NCBI GenBank assembly: GCA_000934665.2
Contig: KZ538881.1
Location: 1-42,485, forward strand
DNA from: Catajapyx aquilonaris
Taxonomy: Eukaryota
DNA length: 42,485 nucleotides
Direction: 5' to 3'
Both the position numbers and the translations under genes were made by a program. Positions 11,554 to 23,300 of the stretch are shown piece after piece. Within the stretch, counting starts at the first letter, position 1. Each line of letters opens with the position of its first letter. The notes under the pieces were generated by a model. That model saw only the letters and a program-made list of their open reading frames with translations. It ran no database searches and was not told the DNA's origin.

Positions 11554-14201
11554 TACACGCAAACCGGTACCCTATTCGCATGATTGAAAGGTCTATCGCT
11601 TGTCAGGTATAAGCGCCACCAACACTCATGTTTCTGGACATGTTCTGGCTGAATGCGACGACCATGTAAGAAATATAAGGCGAAATATTTGTCGGCTCTT
11701 CGGCTATTAGCTACTATAACACCAGCTGACCCCCTTTTTTGTAATTCAATTTAACAAGAGTGTAAAATGAAAATGGTGGAATTCACTTTCGGAGTTTGCT
11801 TTCGACACCATGTTGCCGGTAACACCGAGGCAGTATGCAAATTCGGCTGTAAAAGTCGTCTTCCATCGCGCTTTAAATCACTCTGTAAATCACCGGGCGT
11901 GGAATACCTCCGCCTCCACTGTCACCTTCACCCTTTTTTGTATTTTAATTTTTGTTTCTTTGGGCCCTCCCATGCTGTGGCATCCTCCCCATATCTCCGC
12001 GAAAAAAAAAAAAATGTCTGCCGACTGCGACATATTTTGACGGCAATCGAGCGGAAGAGGTCGAACTTGCGGACCTCACGTGAAGCGGCGGGGGCATTTT
12101 TGTCAATTAACAGCAAGGCAGGAAATGACACTGGCCTTCGCACGAGGTTACATGCATGAGAAATGGGTAGAGCATAGGTGTGGCATAGGAGGTATGACCT
12201 AAGGTAAAAAAAACAGAGAGAGAGACGCTTTTGTGTGTCGAGCACAGAGAGGAGAATTTTCGCCGTGAGCTGGAATAAATATCAGTGCAGGTGTGAGGTC
12301 GTGCGCTCATGAAAGTTTGAGCGGTTCGCGACATGTCGTCGTCCCGGTGACATGTCTCGAGGCCGCGGAAAAAAAGAGAGACAAAAGTGGCCGGGTGTAG
12401 CTCCCATGCTACAGGAAGGGAAGAGTTTCATGGAAGAGTTTCAAGGACCAGCCATGGCCGCCGCTTAAGTGCAGAATAGTACCCCCCCCCCCTCCCCCAG
12501 CACACACACCCGCTTATTTCCAACCAACTTCCGTGTTTCGACTCATGAAGTAAGTACAATTTGTGCGAGGGAGGTAATGAGACGGGGATGAGCAGGAAGA
12601 TTAATTGAATTGTATCGTTCGTTGCCTAAGCGTGAATTAACCAATTCAACTCGGTGGGTCCTGCTAAAAAAAAAGAAGCGAAATGCTTGGCCTTCGAGCT
12701 TGGTTCCTATTGCAAAGACATGAGAGTACACACTAATTAGGTAGCTATTCAAGCTCATCCGTCTTTTTTTTGGCCGGGTGGAAATGGAAGCTGTCGGAGC
12801 CGATGATATCATTCATGGACAGCTCATCAAAAACCTGTCAGGGTTTGATTCGACGATATAAAAATTTTCACGCTGTTTGGGAGAGAGGTGGCACACATCC
12901 CATTGGGGAAAAAAATATATTCGTGACATTTCCCCAAGCCCACCTTCCAGAACTAGAAGGGGAGAATTAAGTCAGCGTTACGTCACTTATCACACAGTTT
13001 GACGCTACGCACAATGGTAGGGGTTGACGTAAGCTGCCACAACCACCACCCACGGATTTGAAAGAGTCGGGGCTGTTTCTTTTCTGGAACGACCTTCAGT
13101 TACTTTACCTGCCTATAAGAGTTCAAGAAATTCTCGCATCAAGTGTGTGTTTATATAGTATAAAAAAATAACATTGCAAGAACAGGAAAAGAGATTCGGC
13201 AAGTAGGTTCTTCCGTGACTTCTTTTTCTGACCCCCGCGGATTCCAAGAGTGCACGGCATTTCGTATTTAATGTAAAGTTTTGCTTATCGCTTGTTTGAA
13301 CGCTGCCACGTATAAATCACTTTAGCCAGAAGTGCACATTTTTTTGTGTGCCCACTTGTACTTTAGCCAGAGCGGTCTACTTGATGAGAGAAAAAAGGTT
13401 CATTTCCCACCGTCTTCTTTGTCCAGGTAATCTCGCTTCCTGTTTTACACCCCAAACTACAGGCAGAGTTCCGAATGCTGCATGTTTTGCCACGCAGTGT
13501 TGGTTTTCTGCCAAGAGGTCACTGGCTTTTTCCTCTCCTTTTATTATACAAGCGTGGAGGTAATGTTGGCACAAGAAGAGAAGAACTTGGTGAGACGAGC
13601 TTCAGTGATTCCCAATCAAGAAGCCGGCAGATCACGTTGGAGAACTTTTCAGCCGTATTGCCCGGAATGCGAGCCAGACAGGATTAATTTAGTTGCGGAG
13701 AAGTTCAAGGGTGTGGTTTTGCAGAAAAGAATCGGTGGAGGAAGGGTGGAAGAAATAAAAGTCTGGAAATGCTCGAGTAACTTTCAAGGTCCAAGTGGTC
13801 ATCCTAGCTATAAAAACGAATCCGGCCTGATCTTTTGCTTTTCCATCAAGGAAATGGATCTTGTGAAAATATATAGATATTTTCTCCGCCGCGTTTTGGA
13901 CCTGCGTAGCTTGAAAATTTTAGATCGGTATCTGATCTCACGCGATGAGATTAATACCTGCTGGCCAGTTGTACGCGAAATAATGTACGCAATTCATCTA
14001 TTTGGATTGGAAGCACGTGGTGCGGCGTTCCAGTTGTCACATTTTTAGATTGCCTTGAACCTCTCAGGTTTGTAAGCAACAGACTAACTAAGATTTCTTG
14101 GAATTCACTGTGCGCACTCGAGAATTCGCAGCAATAACTTATCTACGTGTGAATCGTTTCATAATGAAGTCTATAACAATTCTAATAATATATGTGCTAT
14201 A

Positions 14202-14222
14202 CAGGGTGTGACAGTTGAATAG
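14202..14222 (+). mobile_element. Possible solo Tc1/mariner-type terminus
   Basis: TA|CAGGGTGTGACAGTTGAATAG shares the TA-CAGGGTG end of the elements at 26534 and 29223. No partner end found. Confidence 0.3.
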
Positions 14223-17200
14223 TCAGGGATTTTTACCCCGCTATTAAGCACCAGTTACGATAACGAGTGGACGGTTGCTCGGGTAAACAATCCATAACTT
14301 CTCTCCACCTTGAACTGTGGCGTACATGTTCGAAATGACCACAATTCGCATATTTCAAATTATAGTATTTAGTCGCGATGATGGCCGCATTATGCCCTGC
14401 AGCTGCGTAGTTTCGCACAAGTTTTGCGGTGTCATCAATTTAATTCATGTCGTTCAACTTGAAAAGGTCAGTGAAGCGCGCCAGTCCTGACATGCAGGTA
14501 GATGCAGGTACACCTCACCAATTTTCCGAGAAATATCAATATTATAATGTCACATTTAATTATGCCGCAGGACTGTGAAAAGGTCGAGTGAAGCTGTACT
14601 TCCCCGTGTAAGGTATCTTGAACCAACCCCCCTGCTAAGGAGATGCAGATGACGATAGCGACCAGTTCTTGGGGGTCTGACACGCGAAATTATTTTGCTA
14701 AGTATCCACCGAGCGGAGTCGTATAATTACAGATTCCGCCGTGCTGGCCAAAGTATTTATGGTACCGTAAACCATTCTTCCATAGGCTCGTGTTTCGGAA
14801 GTTCGTGGCAACGTTTTTGCAGAGCGACTTTCACGGTTGAGAAGTTGCACGTCTCCATTTTTTTCTTCTTCTTCTTTCAACGTCTTCTTGAAGCACAGAT
14901 GGTGTCCCTTACCCCAGATACCTTTCGTTAATTTTCTTTTTCGGATGGGTTTAATGCGAGTGGACATTCGTATACGACTTGCATTATACGGAGTCCAGAA
15001 ACGGTTCTGGTGCCAACACGTGGTGCTGAAGACATGAGTTGCCGCCTACTCTTGAATGGTGTGCCAGCTGAGATTGTCACGGTGGTGATGAATTACCTGC
15101 CCCCACATGGTGTTTGTATTTATGGTGGCGGGAGGTCCGGTAATGCCGATAGGCAAGGAGCGTGTCTTTTGTGGGTCACGTCACACCAATGTTGCTTACA
15201 AGACCACAATATAATTATTAACCGCGTTGATTACTCGCGGCAGTGCCAGCAGACTGATGAAAGTATAGTCAGAGGCACTATTGTTGGTAGTGGTCAGTGT
15301 CCGCAGCTAACATTAAAAATCCCTTTTTTTTTGCAAAAATTTCAAGAATAGACATCTCCGCCTCACGCGCTGCTGCATAATTCAGTGGTCCAAAAGTGCT
15401 TCCTGCACTTGCATGTGAAAATGAGCACAGTCGAGTTGGTAGCAAGTGCAAGGCCTTATCATGCCTCCCATCTCCTGACAGATTGTTACATGCAGCATCA
15501 GATTGTTAGCGGTCGCTATTGTAGCTCAGATAATTGACATGCAACTGCCAGCCTTTTGTGGCCGACCTGCAAGGAACATTTCATGCCTGAATGTGTTTTT
15601 GTGCCCAAGTTGGTCTCCCCTCCTTTTTTTTTTTCCAACGGGATACAGAATCCGGACAGATTTTTCCTCCTCCCCTCCCAGTTGAATCTCAAACCGTGAC
15701 CTGCTGCAACACTCCACTGGAGGAAAAAGTACGAAAAGGCATGGAAATGAAGGGAGACAAAAGGAGAAACACAAAAGCCGGGGCTGCTGAATAAAGTGTT
15801 TTCTGGACGGTAATTATTCCACTTCCGCTATCTCGGATGGTTTTGTTAGTTGTTTTGTTTCATGGGGGCCGAGGAGCTTCGGGTTGACACGAAAGCTCCC
15901 AGCACATGGTCTAAGCATGGCCCCTATTATGTAACATGGAGCGGAATTCGGTTGGGGTTGTCTAACATTACACGCACATTTTAATCAGTTAATTCGTTCA
16001 GAAAATAAGATGCACTGACTGGCCATTGTTCGTTTTTGGCCCTAATGATTGTCCACCCTCTTAACTGACCGTTAAGCTAACGGCAGTTTAAGTGCCATAT
16101 CAACACTATAACGGTCGAAACTGGACATATAAGTGAGTATGAATAGGTCCGATTGTATGACTGCAAAAAATCTTGGATTAATCTTAATAGCATACCGAAT
16201 CTTACAGGTTTTGTCCATGTGCAAAGTTTGCACTCCAACATACTTTCATCTGAAGTACAAATTACTTTCCTCGAAGTGCTTAATTTTTAATTACTGGGTT
16301 TAACCAGCATGTTAAAGAGCAAGAGCAATTGGAAGTGCAAACTTTGCACATTTGCATCCGAATATTTCGACCCCTGGCATACGGTGGAAGCTGGTATTCC
16401 GGATAAGTGTTATCCGGACTTCCGAAGTGACTTTACCCCCTTGGAAGTAACGAGCCGAACCCTGCAAGCACGCATTGCCCATTCCAGCAAATGAGCTGGG
16501 CAGCACTGACCCCCTCAGGGCTGCCAGAAATTTATTTAGGAAGAGTCGAGGGTGCCCCCTTCGGGTAATAAGGACATGCATTCTTTTTAAACAAGTGAGG
16601 CTGCTATTACTCCGTGAGGAAGAGCGCCCCCGAGCTGCCAACAGATGAGTGCCCGTAGGGTTGAAAAGGAGCCAGAAAGAAGGAGGGGGTGGAAAAAGGA
16701 GAGAAGCACCATCATTTCTTGCTGTTCCCACAACTCCCTTCTTCTTCTTTCTTCCTTGACAGCGTCGGCACGGAATGCCATTTGTTGACTCTTTAATGCA
16801 CGACATTCGTCCGGGTAACATGAGCCTGATCTAATAGCAGACGAGTACACGGGAAGCCCTTTGAAGTTGTGGGTCTGCTCCTTCAATTTGTCTTGTTCTT
16901 TAAGGATGTGCGGGATAAATCTCTCGGTACGGTGTATTACTGCAAGAAATGTATTCCGAGGGAAGGTGTGAAACAATACCTTATAGGAGTCAACGTAGGT
17001 CGCGGAAAAACTCGTTTCGCGAAGTAGGGGAACAATGCGAGGCATGAATTGTGGACGGAGGGACATGTGCGCAAATTGATGGACCGGCTTTTCGGACTCA
17101 TCCGTGCATTGATATCTCTGTCTGACGCGAATTTTAAATAGGTGGGAGGCTTCTCTTCTTGTTTTTTTTATATACTAAAACGTGGTCGTCGAGCAAATAG

Positions 17201-20200
17201 GTGCTTTTCAGGTAAGAGCAGTGCGATTAAAGTGACGCCCATTTGCCTTACAGGAAGTGTTTAGAGTGGGGGGCAAGTTTATAAGAAGGGCGGCGAAACC
17301 GTGGGATAATCGGTGAAGATGCCATTCTCTGGTCAAGAGGAGGAAAAAAAAAAGGTGCCGAAGAAAGGCGCCATAGATCAAGTGGCCATTGGGTGAAATC
17401 AGATTCGTGATTCGGTTTTCAAGTAGGAGCTAATTGATGTGTCGAGTAGCAATATACTGCCTTGCTCAAATATTCAGTAGGCAAGCAAGATTTGGAACCC
17501 ACTTTGTCGCCATCAGAGAGCAATTTTTTGTCTACTAAAACTGCCCTGACACGTGGACTGAGCATGGCCATGCGGTCTGGAGATGTAAATGTTCTGCTTT
17601 TTTTTGTGTGTAAATGACTTGCGAGGGTAAATGATGATCACTTTTATCGGTCATGATTGCGCCACACTTGCTACAATTTGAAGGGTATCCGTTGAGGCCA
17701 AATATATGGCATGTCCTTTTGCATACAAAACCGAGCGACATTGTTACTGGGTATGTGTATACAAGCACAAGGATTTTTTTTAAAAAATGGCTGGTACATT
17801 TTTTTGGGCGGTGAAGCCCGTTTTCTTTCCCTTCACCCCAGATGGTTCTTCTTGTTATACCTTAAAAAAGTGACTTTACCAGCATTTTTTAAAAACCCGT
17901 CTTTCCGCAAACCAGAGTCAAAAAAGCTCTTCCCGTTTGAGACACAATCGCTGGCCACGTCAGGAAACTAAGTTTTTGGTCCGTCCCATGACATTGGTGT
18001 GAGAGTATACGTGAAGGGTTTTTGTTAGAAAAGCAAAGATATATTACGACAAAATATTGGATTCTCACCACAAAACCTTCCTGACAAAAACAACTAAGCA
18101 ATTTTTTCGAGTCAATTGACAACAAAGGTTTTTCTGCCTGCTTAGTTATAGTTATTTATAATCTGACGTCACCATTTCACACACTGTTGCTTTCTGATGT
18201 GATTCGTGAGGAGAAACCGGTGTACACTGCCTGTATGTATCTCATGGGAATTTAATGAATTTTTTAAAAATCCAACATAAAATTGCTAATGGCCGATTGC
18301 ATGAAAGTAAATCAGGGATAATCTATTGCAAAATCCGAGGTTTTTCCCTAAATTTGGGCTCAACGTATAGCGTGGGAATATCACTTGATGGCTGGACCAG
18401 TTGTTACATCGCCACAGCAGTTACAGGCGATGAAAAGGACGGTGCATAATTCCGTAATTTTATTACTCCGTTAACGGTGGCAGGGCATTAGCACCGCCAT
18501 ATACGACAGGCGAGACACAGGTAATGCGACTGATGTTGAAATCTGCCGGTGCCGTGTTGTAAAGATGAGTGCTGCACAGAGCCAGCTTCCATCGCATGGG
18601 AAGAAGAAAAAAAAACAGGTTGGGCCGTATAGCTCCAGAGACCTTCGTACACATTGTTGGTTTGGCAGTTCGCCCCCAAAGGTCCATTAAACCATTGGAT
18701 AGGCGCCAATGTCGCGTGCGGGGCGGACGGGGCACGTGTTTGCTTTCTCGATTGCATGCCGGAATGATAGCCGCCATGAGAAGAAAGAGATGGAATTAAA
18801 AGGGGGGAGATGCTGATGTCCATCTTCGCTTCTTCTTCCTTCTTCTTTCCCCATCACCTGCGCTACAGCCAAAAGAGCCCCTCCAGAAGCCCTCAGGTAT
18901 GGTATTTGGGAAGTTGGGCTTGTTTTTGTGCATGGAAGGGAAGGTGTGGCAGGACAGGTTAGGCTTTTGGTTCCAGCTGACCGGAGGATAGTTTGGCTCT
19001 GAGAATAAACCCCTGGCATCAGTTGAAAAACCTCTCCTCTCTGCGTCTCTCTGGAAGTGTGGTCTTCCGGGCAGGTTTTTCCTAAAAGGGTGAGGGCCAG
19101 GGTAAGGATTACGTCATGCGGTCAGGTTTATTGACTTCTGGAAGAATGAAGTTTGCTAAACATGCATGCCCCGCAGAGGTTAAAACTCGGAGGAGCCAGT
19201 CTTCCTGTCTCAAGCCCCGCATTGGTCATATAAATACCATCCAGAGGGCTAGTTATAGAAAGTCGGGAGCTATAATTCCGCGAATTATCTGCAGATATTG
19301 AGATCAAAATGTTATCGCCCGGTTTGAAGGTTATACAAGTAGAAACAGATAAGGAGCGAACAGTAGTACGCAATTTCCAACGGGGCTGGTGGGAGATGTT
19401 TTCTTTTTGATAATAACAAAAAATAGCCACACGATGCTTTGCGAATTTCTTAATGGCCTATTGAGATGTGTGTGAATTGACGGTGGCTTCAACAAAGGCC
19501 CTCCGATACACCAGCCTTTTGTGGCGAGTGAAGGCCACTTGAATGGATCTCGTTTGTCCATTAGCACAGGACGCACCGCACTGCAAAAAAAAAAATGAAA
19601 AAAACACCTGTTCGGATACAACTTTTGCATATGTGGCCAAAAATGGGCCGTGCACGTGTGTTCGTGCGAATCTTTAAAAAATTTGGCGGATATTTTTCGT
19701 TCCCGTTTCTTTTTTGCAGTGCGAGCCTGTCGGGGCAGGTGGAAAGTAGTGTCTACATTTTTGAGGTGTGGGTTTCGATTCCTTGGGGCTAGTTTGAGTT
19801 GGGGTCATTACACGTCCTCTATACATCCGGTAACGGCATTTAAGGGAAGGGGAAAGGAAGCTAAAGTGTATGGACGGAGTCGGTTCGACGCGTCTTTCCA
19901 CTCCGCCGGCTTCATTCCAAGAGAAGGATTCGTCAACTTTTGGGACATTCTTGTCGAAAGAATTCTCAAGGCTCACCCTCCAGACGCTTACCTTCAGATT
20001 GTTATGTCACGAATTTATTTGTAGGGGCAGTATATTTAACATTCACAGTAAAGAGGTTTGCGTCAATGGGCCGAGTGGTTTAGCATCTCTGTCAAGATTC
20101 GTTATCAATCTTGTGATGCTGCGCACTTGTTAAGCGCATCTTCGGAGAAATCATCCGACTTCTCAGAACTCGTTAATTACCCCTGGTCAAACCTGGTCGC

Positions 20201-20318
20201 TGACCAATCTCGGCTAAAAATGTGAGCAAAAGACTAACAGGTAAATAGTCTTGCGGGGTGTTTTCTGACATGATTTAAACAAGGCCACATGCGGAAACAC
20301 TCCCAGTGTTTTGTGGGA

Positions 20319-20349
20319 NNNNNNNNNNNNNNNNNNNNNNNNNNNNNNN
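20319..20349. other. Assembly gap (31 N)
   Basis: Run of N; distance and contiguity across it are uncertain. Confidence 0.99.
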
Positions 20350-23300
20350 CTCATCCTCTCTCCTCCCCGTCGCCCTGTCTATGTACATTTTATTTTCCTG
20401 CTACATGTCCTTGAGTAACCATCAGACGTTCCAGTGCTGTGCTTGCTGACGTAGCATGCAAGAGATAAAGCTGTGACAGATTAAACGTTTGATAGTTTGT
20501 TTAGCAAGCCTAGGGAAGGAGAAAAAAGCGAGAGAAAGAGAGGCCTCTTTTGACTAAGGGTCACTCACTTTGGTGGTTTTTTGGGGTGGGGGCTAACTGG
20601 AGTGAACCAAGTGCATGACATGCACCTTTAGTGGCCGAGAAAATAATTACCATAGCGCTATGCGTTCAGTAGCCTGGGAGTGTATGCCGTGCAATAACTT
20701 ACTCTCTCACAGAGCGCACTTCACATGTAACGAGAACCAAATGACCTGGCAGGTCGCGCCCTTTTCATTGAACATGTAACACTGTGAAGATAGCGCACCT
20801 TATGTGCACTGCAGGGGAGGCGTGACTTGATTGCAGGTAATCGAAAGTGAAGAGTCCATTATGTGTGCGGTGTGATCCGGTCTTTACATTTGGTATTGAA
20901 TTTCAGTCATTGTGCTGACGAAAAAGCGACGGCAGAGAAAAAAAAGAAGGCCGGGGGGATGGGTCCCTGATGTTATCAAAACACTTTATTAATCGCCGTA
21001 CGTGTCTCACGTCACCGTGATTGGTCATGCGAGCACCGTGACAGGAAATTAGACGCATAGGCCTTGGTCAGTGCTGACCTCCACAACAGTGTAGTCTGAG
21101 AGAGCACAGTGCAAAGAGGATCGACCCTCAGAAAAGTTTACCCCTGGGTAGGAAAAAGGCTTCAAGTGGTCGGATGATGGATGGGGGTTTTTAGGGGAGG
21201 AGTGCCCCAAAAGGGGTGAAGGGGTCGCGACGGGGGTTAGGTCAGGGAACCAAGAAGGGAAGGGGAAAGGGGGTTGCTCAATAGTCCTCTCCAAGGAGAC
21301 GCTGCACACACGGGGTAATAAAAGTCTCCCTCTCGTGTGATATTCTCCCGGCTTTGTCACTTTTATAGTGAGTGCAGGCAACTAGAAGGAACCAGCTAAA
21401 AATGACCTTGCGGAAGGTTGCTGCCCGGGGGGCACCAAAATGTCCTAAGTCAGGTCTAGACCGAAACTGGAATGTTGGCAGAGAGTCCATGAATGCCATT
21501 ACTTCCAGTTGTATCCTCAAAAACTGATGGAAAATGTTCGATTACTAAGCTCAAATCCTATGGGTATGTGCACTCAAAGAAAAGTTTGGTACTTTTCTCT
21601 CAGTGTGCCACGTTTCAGAACTCTCAGCAGTCCGGAAGTGTGTTTGGTAGCCCGTACTTTCTGCTTTATTATGTAACGTAATATTATTATCGATATGTAT
21701 GTTAATTTGGTTATCACAGCCAGTCATTTTCTGTTTGAATTGATGCAACCGAACCTTGCGCTTTCATTACACTTGAGGGTTGAGAAAGGGTTTTGAAGTG
21801 TGTTTGGAAATACCAGCCCGGGCTACCGTTAGCAGAAATAATGAGGAGTTAATTTCCCGTTAGTGCGTGGGCCTCACTCAGTTTCATTTTGCGTTGATTT
21901 CCAGGCGCTGATTACTAAACATCAATCATTCTCCTGGCTGAATCTCACCCTCCGACGGTGTAAGTGTTGCTTGGTACTACGTAGCCGCTCTCAAGGAATG
22001 GAATATCAGGCAGTCCAGGAAGAGGTCAATTGCCGTGCAGAAATTCCTCTGGACTTGGAAACCCATTACACGCGGTCGTCTCTCATTATTGGACCTTAAC
22101 GGGCAACCCATAAAACCGAAGCAGAATAATAACGCGATTAGATAATACCGGCAGTAACACAAGAGGCAATTGCTATTGATAGGTGTATCCCGGCGTACTG
22201 TATACTGGAAGCAGTGCCACAAATACAACATGCGTTGGCGGATTTTTTTTTTCCGGTTTGTTTTTAAAAAATGGGGTGTATGTTCATCGGGTGGGTAAAA
22301 AGGGTTCGGCCACATTGAAACAAACATGTAGCTGAGGGAGGAAGCGTGGAGTGACCACTTCCGATAGAAGCGTGGGCAGACCCTGTCGCTTTGCCTGGTT
22401 TCAGGGTTGCCGTGTTGACAACGTTGTCACACCAGGGGCATTGCTGGGCTGGAAAAAGGGCTGAGGGCAGCTTGTAAAATTGGAGCTGGGCCTCCTTTTT
22501 TTTCTCTCACAGAGAATGCCACAGTCTCCGGGTCAGGGCCGTGTCCGAAGGGACAGACTCCATACCCGAAAAACAAGCGGGCTCTTATTTTCTAGCCGAC
22601 CAAAATTGCATACAGGGTACCTTGTTAGAAGCGTGGGTCGAAAATGAAGCTGCCTTGCGAAACTTAATTACAGAAGGATAAACTACTCTTGTAATCACAC
22701 ACAAACCACGGGTAGGCTTCCTGATAGGGGGGGTGGGGCGGGGGGATACTCGCTCGTAATATGTAATCACTAATCAGTACACTTCAAACAGGAATGGCTG
22801 CTGCTCTAAAACTTTTTGGTAATTTTGGCTTCATTTTAATGAGCCAACTGCGTGAACTCGAATTAAAAAATTTCTTAATCATATTTGCTTCACCTTGAAC
22901 ATACCGACTCATGAATAGACTCGTACAAACATGACGGTCCACATTTTTCGTTTTGCTGCCGCGTGAGTGATTGAGAAAATCCTGAGGGTTAGATAACCAG
23001 CAGGATGCTCTGCGTATAATTCACGTGGGTGACAAATCGACGTGACATGCGATTATTTTCAAAAAAATGGAGCCGAAATATACTCAATCAATTAAGAGTA
23101 ATTTTGACAAATTTGCAAGCAAAAAAATGCTGTTGGAGGAGCGCGTCTTTTGATTCTCTCTGCATAAAGATTTTTAATATGTACCGGACAGTACACAGAT
23201 TGCTGAAATTTGCCGATTGTGGTTTTTAATTACAGTTTTGTAAACCCACTTATCTGATATTGGCGCCATTGACGCAAGTTTTCCTGACAACTTTCGATTT

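Noticed and set aside
12419..12443. GGAAGAGTTTCA duplicated with a 13-bp period (similarly GAGCTAGTGCT at 37611 and 37629)
   Set aside because: Two-copy microduplications; ordinary slippage or repair products, not an array.
13482..14048. 188-aa ORF on +
   Set aside because: No recognisable domain (one CxxC only), non-ATG start, overlaps other short ORFs; length compatible with chance.
19770..19782. GGTTTCGATTCC resembling a Pol III B box
   Set aside because: Extra T versus consensus, no A box or cloverleaf; not a tRNA or clear SINE head.
21712..21723. TATCACAGCCAG, matching the 5' 12 nt of miR-2 family
   Set aside because: The 3' half diverges and there is no complementary arm upstream to form a pre-miRNA. 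By-eye checks for other conserved miRNAs (miR-10, miR-993, iab-4, let-7, miR-100 and others) found no full match.
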